Of a DNA stretch of 64,000 nt, positions 1 to 11,260 are shown one piece after another (the first letter of the stretch is position 1; each line of letters begins with the position of its first letter). A model generated the notes under the pieces. That model searched no databases. It had not been told where the DNA came from and saw only the letters and a list, made by a program, of their open reading frames with translations. This DNA comes from Lama guanicoe. Its lineage: Eukaryota. Location: the NCBI GenBank assembly GCA_013239625.1, contig MU054400.1, forward strand, positions 293,146 through 357,145, given 5' to 3'. Both the position numbers and the translations under genes were made by a program.

Positions 1-369
1 CTCAGACACCTAAAAGGTTTTCATCTCTGGAACCATTAATCTAACACCTTCACTTGCACTAGCTTTATTTTTAAACTTACGAAAAGATTTGTGAAAATTC
101 TAGGCTTCCTTTGTACTTTGTTCTGTACAACCTAATGGATTCTAATGAGTGGCAAGAGTTTTAAAAGTCTGTTACTTCAGCACTGGAAAACCAATTGCAG
201 CTACTTTACATCTCTGGAGGCCCCAAGTAAAATAAGGAGTTAGAGGTTTAAGTGTAGCCTTTAATAAAGATCAGAGTTACCTCCCAAGAGGTAGAGAAGA
301 TGGGAGGAGGTACTGAGGAGGCATGACCATAACCAGATAAGTAGGAGGTTCTCAATATAACATCTGTTA

Positions 370-480
370 AATAAATGAGTCAGAATTACAGCCAAGAAAA
401 AAAATATCAAGCTTCTAGCCAGTTGCATCAAAACAATCATACTTAAATCAAAAAGGAGGGAAATAGTACATGTATTGTTT
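370..480 (+). mobile_element. Possible highly degraded L3/CR1 LINE fragment
   Basis: Weak by-eye resemblance to L3 (cagccaagaaaa...gttgcatcaaaacaatcata...aaggagggaaatagt). Confidence 0.3.
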
Positions 481-699
481 GTAGGTTGCAGGGTTATAAG
501 AAATCTCAAAAGCATAACTGATTAGCATAAATTTGGGAGGAATCATCAGATTCAACACCAATCCAACATGCAAGAAATTCTACTTGCTCTCCTTCAATTT
601 TCATCTGTTCATCTCAATTCATCCATATTCTTTCCTCTCCTGTGAGAAAGTGCCGGAATGAGCATTTACATCTGTACAGGCAAAGTGCTAAGAGAGCTC

Positions 700-1590
700 C
701 CATCTTTTAGAAAGTTTTCCCTCTTGACCCCACCTCCCGCCCTGACCTCTGGCTATCACTTCATTTCTCTGTTCTCCTTAACAGCAAAACTCATTGAGTT
801 CTCTCTGCTCTCTGACTCCAATTCCTCTTCTCTTTTGGACTCATTTCAAACAAGACTTTACCCCCACCCACTCCACTGGCACTGCTCTTGTAAAGGTGAC
901 CAGTGACCTCCATGTTGCTAAGTCCAGTGGTCATTTTTCAGTCCTTTTCATACTTGACCTATCGACAGAACTGATGCAATCACTATGCCCTCCCTGACAT
1001 GCTTTCTTCTTTTGGCTCCTTGGACATCTCTTCATTTTCGCACCTCACTGGCCACTTCATAGTTTCTTTTGCTGGTTCCTTCTCATCTCCCCAGCCTCAA
1101 AATGTTGCTGTTCCTTAGTACTTAGTATTATAACTTCTTTAACTTATTGATGCCTGCTCCCTAAGTTATCTCATTAGTCCCAGGGCTTTAAATGCTAACC
1201 ATGCCCCAGTAGCTCCCAAATTTGTATCTCCAGCCCAGATTTCTCCCCAAAACTCCAGACCTGTACATCAACTCTGTCACCATCTTCACTTTGATATATC
1301 AAGTGAACATGTCCAAAGCCAAGTTCCTGATATCCTACCTCAAATTTCAAATCTTGGAATCATCCTTGATTACACAGTTTCTCTCACATCCCAAATTTAT
1401 TAGCAAATACTGTCAGTTTTACATTAAAATATACCCAGAATCTGACCACTTCTAGCCATATCCACAAGCCACCATCATCTCTTAGCTGAGCAGTTGCCGT
1501 AGTACCCCAACTGGTCTTCCTGCTTCTGCCCTTGACCCACCTTAAGTCTATTTTCTACACAACAGCAAGATGGAGCCTTTTAAAATACGA
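700..1590 (+). mobile_element. L2 LINE fragment
   Basis: Typical L2 blocks: acagcaaaactc, aaggtgaccagtgacctccatgttgctaagtccagtggtca, aagccaccatcatctct, ctggtcttcctgcttct. Confidence 0.8.
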
Positions 1591-1629
1591 GTTGGTGCTT
1601 CTCCCTCCTTTCCCCAGACCCTGCAACCT

Positions 1630-2255
1630 GGCCTATCACTAACATGTGTGAAGCCCCGCTCAAGAGTAAAATGAATGTTATCTTTCTCTTCCTTCCTCTG
1701 GTTCTGTTCTGAACCATGAAGAGGCTGACATGCACACTATAAATAGTCCATTCTGCATGCCTGAGTTTTATCTGTACCCCCAAAACACAGTGGCCTCTTG
1801 GTTATGCCACAGGCCTCGGGATGTGCACACCTGCAGGATGGTCAACCCTTGGGAGGATAGACCAAGTGAAAAGCTGTGCACAAACCCTGGAAGCAGGTGC
1901 CAGATTCTTTGGGAAGGGAATTTTAGAGTCCCAGTTACCCATCACACAGCCTAGAAAGGGTGGGTAAGGTCTCCAGGTGGGGCATTGTTTTGGCAGATTC
2001 TTTGGCCTAGAGGGAGGGGCACAAATGGGGGAGCCAAAGAGAAGCCATTAAAGTGAAGGCTCAGTGCAGGGCCTCTGGTGCCTGGATTCGACGGACTGGC
2101 GACTTCCCCACTGGAGATTGCTCTGCATCCTGAATCCCAGAGTGAAGACAACATGGAACAAAGCAGCATTTGACCCATGATAGACAGAGGATGAGCACAT
2201 AGGCTTTGAGATCTGGAAGTCTTTTGTTGCCACAGCAGAATCTATCCTATCCTAA
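1630..2255. mobile_element. LTR-derived sequence ending in an MLT1 (MaLR)-like 3' terminus, possibly composite
   Basis: ttttgttgccacagcagaatctatcctatcctaact resembles MLT1 termini; the interior looks LTR-like but was not assigned to a family. Confidence 0.45.
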
Positions 2256-2264
2256 CTTCTACAC

Positions 2265-2360
2265 GTGCCTTGCTCTGTGAATGTGAGTGACCGTGTCTTA
2301 CTGACTTTATCCCCAGCACCTAGCACAGGGCCAGGGACACAGTAAGTACTCAAGTAGTAT
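2265..2360 (+). mobile_element. L2 3' end
   Basis: tatccccagcacctagcacagggccagggacacagtaagtactcaa matches the L2 terminus. Confidence 0.7.
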
Positions 2361-3159
2361 CGAACGACTGCAGCCCTTCTGGACTTCATCTGTATGATTA
2401 AGGGAGTTAGAGGAGATACTCTATAAGGTATCTTCAAATTCTAGCATCCCATGATTTCCATAATTTCAGAAATAAAAGGTTTGACATTTCCTTCTCAAAC
2501 ACCCACATGCCAAAGCCTTATTCCAACCTGAATTTCCTTTTCTTCTGATGAAAAGCTTTTGTAACTGGCTGTATGTGCTTACAGCATCGCAAGAACTGTT
2601 TAAGATTTTCAAATCCTAGTAAAATCAGCCTGTACAGGCAAGAAATTAAATATTGAGAATTCCTTTTCTGTCTCTGAATATTGTGACCCTGAGTTATGTC
2701 TCCCACCCCCACCCACTTTTGCTGCTGGCTTGGGCAAGTATACTCGCTGTTCAAAGACCATCTGAAATTACCTCTAAGAAGGAGCCGCTTTAAAAATGAG
2801 GCTTATAATTAAACAGTAATTGAAGTTTCCTGTGGTTTTATGCATGGGTCTTATCTCCTGCCTAAGAAGATGAACTGCATGGCTTAAAAGTCAAATGGAA
2901 TTAGATGCTTGTGTGAGTGAGAGGAGGGCTCTGTTCAGTAATGTTGCTTCTTTAGGCTGCAACTAGGTTTCCAGCACTATTGTCGGAGCATCTGCACAAC
3001 ACTGACATCCGTTCACCCCTGCAGAAGTGACTGCCAGAGAACCATGGAACAGGAGAGCTGAAACGGACCTCAGCTCTGGGCAAAGCCCTTGTTTCCCAGG
3101 AAACTGAAACCCAGGGAGGTAAAGTGAGTTGTCTCAGGTCACAGGTAGAAGAGGAGAAG

Positions 3160-3470
3160 ATCAAGGAATTCAGAAGGTAAGGCTATGATGATTTGAGCGA
3201 TTTACTGGATGGAGGTTGTTAGAAAAAGAAATAGAGGACAACCCCACAGTTTCTTAGTTGGGCAAACAGGAAGAATGAGGGGGTCAGATGGGAAAGAAAG
3301 AGCAAGTCTGGAGGAAATTTGATGAGTGTAGTTTGTGTTTTGAGTTTAAAGCGTCCATGTGCCATACAGACAGATAGAAAGCAGACAACCAGATATTATA
3401 GGTGTGAAACTAAGGGGAAAGGACAAGGCTAAAGAGATAAATATAGGAGTCATCAGCATAGCCAGCAGAA
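3160..3470 (-). mobile_element. L2 fragment
   Basis: Antisense L2 blocks such as ggctaaagagataaatataggagtcatcagcatag. Confidence 0.65.
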
Positions 3471-3639
3471 TATCAACATCTAAGGGCTTAGTTATAAATT
3501 AAAATGAATAAAAATAAAGAGGAGTTTACAGTGTAGGCTACAAATGAGTGGCCAGGGAGACAGGAGGGAAATCAGGATGGAAAGGCACTAGTAAAGGAAG
3601 GGGAAGAGAGGGTGTCAAGAAGACAAGCACGTTCAACAC

Positions 3640-4050
3640 ACTGCTGGTTGCTTCTCCAATATTCATTCTCCTCTTTTTCCTCACTAACAAAACTCTGATT
3701 TTTTTTTTCAGAGCAGCAATAAATCTGATCCAAAAATCCCCAAAACAAAATCTTGATATCCTGGGCTCCTTTGCTCCTAGAGGTGGCCCCTAGACATCCT
3801 TCTGGCCAATTAGATATAAGCAGATGTCTCTCTTCTCAGTGAAGCTGCCAGGAAAACAATGATTTTCCTGATCCAAATGGGCAAACAGTTGGCATCTCAC
3901 TTTTGCTCTTTGCCTTTCCCCCTTGATTCCTTCCTTCCAAAATAATGATTCTAAGTCCAGAGGTACCACCACTATCTAATGAGCATGAGTACAAGAGACA
4001 CGCACGATGGATACTGGAGTGGAAAACTGAGTCTGATTCCTTAAATATTC
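3640..4050 (+). mobile_element. MLT1-type (MaLR) LTR remnant
   Basis: attctcctctttttcctcactaacaaaactctgatttt...ttctggccaattagatataagcagatgtc. Confidence 0.6.
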
Positions 4051-4399
4051 CTTTAATATCCTTCCGATTCACTTTCTTCTAACCATCCCTAATGCCCTGC
4101 ATTGCTCAGGCCCATGTCATGTCTTGCCTGGCTTGCTGAGCTGTCTTCCTACAGGTCTCCCTGCTTCCACACTTGCCCCCTGCAACCTGTCCTCTAGCCT
4201 GCTGTCACCATCTCTCAAACATGGAATACTTTTGTGCTGATCCCTGCTAAGACGACTTCCATGGTTCTTCACTGCTTAGTGGATAAAGTCAAAGGTCCCT
4301 AGCCCCACAGACAGGCTCTTCATGATTTGGCTCATCCCTTACATTGATTATCACATACTGTGCACATATATACAGTTCAACCATTTTGCAAACAAGGAC

Positions 4400-4590
4400 T
4401 ACATACCAAGCATTGAACTGGGAGCTTTATGTTTATTTAGTTGTCATAATGTTGTTCCCTCACATATTTGATAGTAACATTTTCACTTAACAGATGGGTC
4501 AACTGATTCTCAGAGAGGTTAAGTCACTTGTCCAGGAACACGCGGCTAATTTAAGTGGGGAAGGCCTAGATGTCAAAATTCTTTCCACTA
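4400..4590 (-). mobile_element. MIR SINE
   Basis: MIR core acagatgggtcaactgattctcagagaggttaagtcacttgtcc. Confidence 0.7.
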
Positions 4591-4689
4591 TGGCAGGGCC
4601 TGAGCATGAAAGAAGGCACCTTTCCCTCCCTCTCCCCTCTCCTTACCCGTCATCCTGTTCCTCCTCATTATTCCCCAACTACTCTAAAT

Positions 4690-5830
4690 GGGCGGCCTTG
4701 TTGAAGAACCCCAGCCAAAGCCAGTCGCGCCCCTGTGGCCAGAGGAATCCAGCCCCCTGCTGCGGTGGGGAGGAGACAGGTTCTCCACACCAGCGTCAGC
4801 AAAAGAGGAAGAATCGCTCAAAGCTGGAGCTGCATCGCGGACTGGTGGGCGCCTCCTCCTCGCCAGCTGGGTGCTGGAGGCGAAGTGCGGGGATGAGGAC
4901 CCGCGACTGGAGAGCCTTTCTTCTTTGACCCAGCCGGCATGACTGGCACCACGGCCGTGTCGGAGTGGGATCCGGCCTCCGAGGCCACGCTCTCCGAGGT
5001 CTACAGCTGTAAGACCAGAGGGAAGGTCTCTGGTGACTCCCCCAAGGCTCGTGCAAGACCCGGCACCCACTTCTGACCACTAACTCAGCCTGGGCGCTGG
5101 TCCCGTGCGCTCCGGCAACGCAGTCTGTTCCGCTGCTAGAGAGCTTTTGCGCGCGGCTACAGCCCGAAGCCCGGAGCCCGGACCCGACCATAGCTCGGAC
5201 CCAGAGCCCAGACCCAGAGCAGTCGCGGGCGGCGGGACCCCGGAAAGCCTCGACGTTCTGAGACGGGCGATCGAGGAACCTCCTGGGAACTGCTATAGGT
5301 CAGATCGGGTCACCCAGATCTGTAACTGGAGAAGGATCCGGGTCACCGAGGGACATCTCCAGCTGGCCCCTCTGTCCCTCGGACAGCGGACTCGGAGCCC
5401 CAGACTGCCCCGTGGGCAAATCGGCCAGAGTTCAGGGCTCTGGCCCGCGGGAACCTCGCACCCCGAACCCTCCCTGGGAAGAAGCGGGTCCAGTTGCCCT
5501 GCTCAGCTTTCCCGGGCAGCGGCGGGACCAACTCCGGCTGCTCCAAGCACCCCGACTGGACCCTGGGCAGCCTCTTCTGCCCAGGTGGCCTCTCCCCGGG
5601 GTCTAATCCCCTCGCGCCCCCGTGCGTCCTTCTTTGTTTCTGAGCTTGCTCTGAAAGTGATGTAACAAGGCCAGGCTCGCGCGCCGCTTTCCCTGTTTCC
5701 CAGACTAAGTCCTTCCTCCCTCCAGCACCCGGCGCTCTGCGCGCAGAGCTGGGCGCTGGGCTGCGCCGCTGCTCCGCTCCCACAGCGCTGGAGACCGACG
5801 GGCACTGTTGGGAAAGACAGGCTCCCACGT
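4690..5830 (+). promoter_or_regulatory. TMEM215: CpG island: promoter and non-coding first exon region of TMEM215
   Basis: Abrupt rise in GC and CpG density ending ~450 bp upstream of the ATG. TSS and exon-1 donor cannot be fixed from sequence; donor candidates are AAA|GTCAGT 5850, CAG|GTACCT 5981 and CAA|GTAAGA 6134. Confidence 0.85.
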
Positions 5831-6167
5831 CCCACCTTCTGGCTGCAAAGTCAGTGGGAAAAGCCAGGCTTCCCTTCCAGAAACAAGGGAGAGAGCCGAG
5901 GGGACAGCTGCTGTGGAGGTTTCTAAGGAGACTCAGACTGGTTTCTTTCCCTGCTCCCGGGAGACGGCAGGAAACCTCAGGTACCTGGGTGACCCCAGTC
6001 GGTGGCTGTCTATATGAGAAAGAGAGACGGCGTTGCAATAGTGAGAGGCAGATAGGCAAAGAGACAGCAACAGAAACAGAGGGAGAAGCAGACAGAGACC
6101 AAGATTGTCAGACAAGAAGAGTGTCAGAGACAAGTAAGAGAGGCAGTTGGTGGGTGGGAAATTGACT

Positions 6168-6230
6168 TGGGTGCTTTGTTTTTTGTTCTGTTTTGTTCTT
6201 AACCCACTGTGGTTTCACCTCTGACAGAAG
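6168..6230 (+). other. TMEM215: 3' splice site of the TMEM215 5'-UTR intron
   Basis: T-rich tract, branch-point match TTAAC (A at 6202), acceptor CAG at 6225-6227 followed by AAG. Confidence 0.75.
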
Positions 6231-6272
6231 GGAAGACCATTGCTCTCTGGTCAGCAGGCAGCCCCAACCTGG

Positions 6273-6281
6273 ATGGAGTGA
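6273..6281 (+). promoter_or_regulatory. Minimal uORF ATG GAG TGA
   Basis: ATG GAG TGA AAG ATG read directly; same frame as the CDS; translation unproven. Confidence 0.6.
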
Positions 6282-6284
6282 AAG

Positions 6285-6992
6285 ATGCGGCCTGATGACA
6301 TTAACCCGAGGACTGGGCTGGTTGTGGCCCTGGTCAGTGTCTTCCTGGTCTTTGGCTTCATGTTCACCGTCTCTGGGATGAAAGGAGAGACTCTGGGAAA
6401 CATCCCCCTCCTGGCCATAGGGCCCGCCATCTGCTTACCAGGCATTGCAGCCATCGCCCTGGCCAGGAAAACCGAGGGGTGCACCAAGTGGCCCGAGAAC
6501 GAGCTGCTGTGGGTCCGCAAGTTGCCCTGCTTCCGGAAAGCCAAGGACAAGGAGGTGGTGGAACTGCTGAGGACCCCTTCAGACCTGGAGTCGGGCCAGG
6601 GGAGCTCAGATGAGCTGGCTAAGAAGGCGGGCCTCAGGGGGAAGCCTCCCCTCCAAGGGCAGGGCGAGGTGCCTATGGCCAGCTCCATCACCACCCCCAC
6701 ACGCACGGAGGAAGGAGGATGCCAGAGCCCAGTCCAGAGCGGGCATCGGGAGGAGACATCCAGGTACCTGGATGGCTACTGTCCCTCGGGCAGTTCCCTC
6801 ACCTACAGTGCCTTGGACGTCAAGTGCTCAGCCTGGGACAAGTCTGAGCGCCCTGAGCCCGAGGACAGCATCTTCTTTGTGCCCCAGGACAGTATCATCG
6901 TTTGCTCCTACAAGCAGAACAGCCCCTATGACAGATACTGTTGTTACATCAATCAGAGCCAAGGCAGGTGGGACCACGAGACGATAGTCTAA
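6285..6992 (+). CDS. TMEM215: Transmembrane protein 215, 235 aa, single coding exon
   Basis: Intact ORF MRPDDINPRTGLVVALVSVFLVFGFMFTVSG...RWDHETIV recognised as TMEM215; two N-terminal hydrophobic segments; A at -3 of the ATG. Confidence 0.97.
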   Translation: MRPDDINPRTGLVVALVSVFLVFGFMFTVSGMKGETLGNIPLLAIGPAICLPGIAAIALARKTEGCTKWPENELLWVRKLPCFRKAKDKEVVELLRTPSDLESGQGSSDELAKKAGLRGKPPLQGQGEVPMASSITTPTRTEEGGCQSPVQSGHREETSRYLDGYCPSGSSLTYSALDVKCSAWDKSERPEPEDSIFFVPQDSIIVCSYKQNSPYDRYCCYINQSQGRWDHETIV

Positions 6993-9318
6993 GCTTTGCA
7001 TACAAGAGCTGCTGTGTTGATAGAAATACGACTACACTCAGCTTCCAATGGAAGGAAACTGCCCTGCTCCAACAGCCTTCACACTGTTAGAAATTGATCT
7101 GGTATGTGATGGGTGTGCAAACCTCCGGTGCCTGAGAGCCATGTAAATAGGCATGTCGGGGACACATTGTAGGGAAGGGTGATGAGGATTAAGGACACTG
7201 GAAGAGGCAGTGGGTAGGAAAGGAAGCAGTTCCAATTGCTTTTTAACAATTTAAACCATGTTGGATGTTTTGTAAAACGACCCGAAAAATACTGTCAGTC
7301 CCTGCTGAAAGCAAGATAAATCCAGAGTGGGCTGCAGATACCAGGCATGAAATGATATATGGACTATTCATAGGGAAACTGAGCTGTTTTCAGTCTGAAG
7401 AAATTGAAAGAAAAAAACAATTCAATGCTTCATTATATGAAATGATTTCTGTCTGGTGAAAGCTTTTCACACTTATTATTTGCTGAAAGAAAAAATATTA
7501 AGATAGAACAGCTATGTCCCTCCTAAGGTGTGGTGGTTACTGGAGAAAGGGGAGTTAAAGACAGCTGAATCATGTAATTGAGTTTTATGATATTAAGATC
7601 AGGGATTTTTAAATAAAGTAAAATAAGTGTGACCAGTTGTGTGAATAACTAACATTTTTAGATGGCTATGTTACTTCTTAAACTCTTCATTTAAATTGAC
7701 TTACCGGGTCTTCATCTGAAGTGGTTTTTTTGTTTGTTTGTTTGTTTGTTAGCATTTACTATCATTCATGTATAATTTCTTCATCAGGTGCAATACAACT
7801 TGATATAATATTTTCATAGATTAGAATTTGTTTTCATCAAGTCAAAATGGATTTTATATATGTATACAAGTATCTTTAACTTTTCTGGGAGATGTAATTA
7901 TTATTCTAATATGCCTTTTAAAATCTGAAGACTATGACATCAATACTATTTGTCTTGAACTTCATGTAGAATTTACATGAAATGCAATGGTTAAGTTTCT
8001 GGAAATGTCATTATTTGTACATTTGTTCAACACTCCCCAAAACTGTAAATGCCAATGAAACAGGAGTTAATCCACTAGACTTAACTAAAGCCCAGTTTTA
8101 TTAAGTTTACCTGCTCAGTGAATATTACATGACAAAGGTCTGTTTTATTTAACTTTTTGCTGCTAAGGGGAAAAAAAATCACAATGGGATCCTAAAATGT
8201 GTTTCCTATTTTATTTGCTCAACTGGCAATCAACCAAAATTCCATTTGATCCCTGCTGGAGAGAAATATTGAATTATATATAGAAATGGTATTATATTTC
8301 ATCCTGAAGATCAGGATAACTTTGCATCCTTCAAAGATAGATGATTTATTTTTAATGATCATATAGTTTCAGCCACTTTCTCCCAAAAGGAGAAATGAGG
8401 ACAAAAATGTTGGGCATACCTTTTTTGTGTATTTCAGGTCCAATTCTGCAATTCTTTAAGTGTAGCAATTATTCTGTCGTAAGAATCATGCCCTTAAAAA
8501 TCGCAATTTTCCAATCAAATTGAACATCAAAAGTATATAATTATTTTAGTAGGGCTTAAATGTTGGGAAGTGAGACGTGTGATCCTAGGAAAACGTTATC
8601 TTCTTGTACATCAGTCCCTGATATGGGAGAAGTGGGACTGACTTACACTAGATTATTTCCATTGTTCATTCCCAGTTTGAATATTCTATGGTATTCTATC
8701 AAAGGCACTTTATATATTACCAGAAAATGAGTTATAGCAAAATGCATGCCAAAGTTATGCAATTCATGATAACAATTATGCAACATGACTGAATTCTTGT
8801 TGCTATTCTAAAGAATTTTATAAATGTATGAGAGCAGGTTTGTTTTATTCCCAAATAGTATTTATCCAACAAAATACGCTTGTGGGAATAAAATGAAAAC
8901 GTTAAGGGTAAAATATTTTTAAGGAAAAAAAATTGCAATATTGGTACAGTCTCCAAATGGTCAAACACATATCCTTTTGCACTAAATGTAATTTACTTTG
9001 GTTTTGGAATGGAGGGAAAATAGTTTCCTAAAATCACAATACCTATTAATAATTCTAACGCATTTTGAAAGATGGAAATCATGTTTCTACGAGGGTGAAA
9101 ATTATTGGCTAACTCTTAGGAATAAAAACTTTCTTTAATTTGTTTGCCATTTTTGGACATCTTTAGAGGTGAGGAGATAGCAAGACATCAGAGAGAGATG
9201 TTCAAGACAGACTCAGCAAATCCTACATAGGGTCTGAAAAGAAATGCTTGTAGTGTCAGGTATGGTTTGGGTTTGGAAAAGTTATTTTCTGATTTCTTCA
9301 GCTCAAACTCCTTGATGC

Positions 9319-9369
9319 CACACACACACACACACACACGCACACATGCACACATGCACACACACACAC
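9319..9369. repeat. Imperfect (CA)n microsatellite
   Basis: Seen directly. Confidence 0.95.
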
Positions 9370-9546
9370 TCCACTGTCCAAATCCAAAGTCAACTACTAG
9401 TTTAGAGAGATAAAGTATCTTACCGCATTTTCAGGTACTACTGAAGATACTTGAAGTATCTCAGTGTGTATTTGGGGGAATTTTCTGCCGTGCTAAAATA
9501 ATGATGTGCAAGTGTGGAGCTGCGAGGATTAACTTTGACCAAAAAG

Positions 9547-9552
9547 AATAAA
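9547..9552 (+). terminator. Candidate polyadenylation signal
   Basis: AATAAA followed by GT- and T-rich sequence (tgtgtgtgtgaatttttc). Confidence 0.5.
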
Positions 9553-10861
9553 ATGTTGTGACTGTGTGTGTGAATTTTTCTTAACATCTTATATTAAGCA
9601 AACCCTCCCCTAACGTGAAGCCAGGTAGCCTAGTGCCCCACACCTACGCTTGTTAAGTGCTATTCAGGGTAAAACTGTCGTTCTTCTGAACAGAGGTGGA
9701 AGAGAAGACAAAGGGGTCTGAGCCCTTTAGAGGAAAGCAGAGCAGTTCATTCCAACAACAGTGCTAGCAAATGGTTAACATCAACACGACCAACATGAGG
9801 GTTGCTTCTGGTATCCTCTAAGAGCTTTCAGACAGATAGGAATTTAAGTTGGCATGGGCTATTTTTTTATTGGCTGTTAATCCAAATAGTCATTTCAACT
9901 TGATTTTAAATAGGCATTTTATTTGTGAAGTCTTCTCTACTGAGTTTCTCTTGCTCTATATTCCTATTTATATTACACATGGCTTCTTTTTCCAAATTGT
10001 TTCTTGATTCCAAAGTGTGAATTCAGCCAAGATACCCAAGCTGGAGCATATTTAGACAACTGTTTCAAGATTTAGTTTCCACTGCAATCATGGCAAACAA
10101 AATCCAGACACAGTTAAGTTCAGGCTGTCTTCCAAACCCTGCTAATCAGCTCCTTTGAGAATGTTTTCAATAGCTGGGATCTTAATATCCATGGAGCTGG
10201 CAAATGTAGAGAAGGAAGATTCATTCTTTTAAATGCTTTTCCCTTTTGTAACATGCAACCTCTACTTATTAGTGAGTATCTCCCCACCCTGCACCTACAG
10301 CATCATTTATTTGGTGAATTTGCTGCTTTACTATTATTTTATAGCATTAAATAAAATGTTTTTGAAAATCCATGGTCCCACCATCCTAACAGAACTACTG
10401 TATTTTCATTTTAGTATATTATCTTCCAGGCCTCTGCTACACGTGAACGTACCTTACACATTACAATCTGCTCGTTTTCTTTTCTCTTTTATTTCCTAAG
10501 TATGTTTTCATGTCTCTATGCAGTGTTCCTAATTATCACTTAACAATTGTGTAATATGCCATTTTAACCAGGTACCATAATTTATCATACCATTCCTTAC
10601 TGCTAGCCAAATATTGAGTGTTATGGATGGTTTTGTTTTCTTTCCAATTGTTGGTAACACAGCTACATTATTTGTCATTTGCCCATAGAGGTGAAAATTT
10701 ACAATTGAAAAGCTGTCTCCCTATGAAGGAGAGTGAGGGAGCAGAAATGTATAAATGGATCAAATGCTCAAATTATTGGTTTTCTCTTCACTCAGATAGA
10801 TGCAAGACGAAGGGTAAGAAACAAAATAATAGTTCTTCAAAAAGGTCCCCCATCAGGACTG

Positions 10862-10923
10862 GAGCCAGTATTTTTAAGAGTGAGATGAGATAGAGCCAGT
10901 ATTTTTAAGAGTAAGATGAGAGA
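10862..10923. repeat. 31-bp tandem duplication, 2 copies, 2 mismatches
   Basis: gagccagtatttttaagagtgagatgagata / gagccagtatttttaagagtaagatgagaga. Confidence 0.95.
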
Positions 10924-11260
10924 TTTCCCCAGTTAAGATACTACTAGTGTGTAATTCAAAATCAAATTACAGTGGTGTCAATCTTCAAGAGCGTAATGTT
11001 GACCAAGCAAAATGAAAAACAGACGTAGATGTAATTACTCTGTAAAATTTCAAAAGCATTTTCTTAAAGTATCTCACCAGATATTTTATAATATATTTAA
11101 TATGTACATATATTGTTACCTATTAGTGACTTACAAATGAACTGGATTTTCAGGAATTCAAGAGACTCTATCCATGAGTTTTCTACTTTACAGTTCCTCA
11201 CTGGAAAAATTTAACTGCAGATGGAGATGTGGATAAATGCTTGGTTCAACCAAATATCTC

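Noticed and set aside
4940..5112. Partial REST/RE1-like matches (ggcaccacggcc; ggcgctggtcccgtg)
   Set aside because: Too many mismatches or wrong half-site spacing
4494..6165. Many overlapping 100-240 aa ORFs on both strands
   Set aside because: They lie in the CpG island where stop codons are rare, are biased to Arg/Pro/Gly/Ala, show no recognisable domain and often lack an ATG start
6251..6987. Antisense (151 aa) and alternative-frame (125 aa) ORFs over TMEM215
   Set aside because: Shadows of a GC-rich CDS
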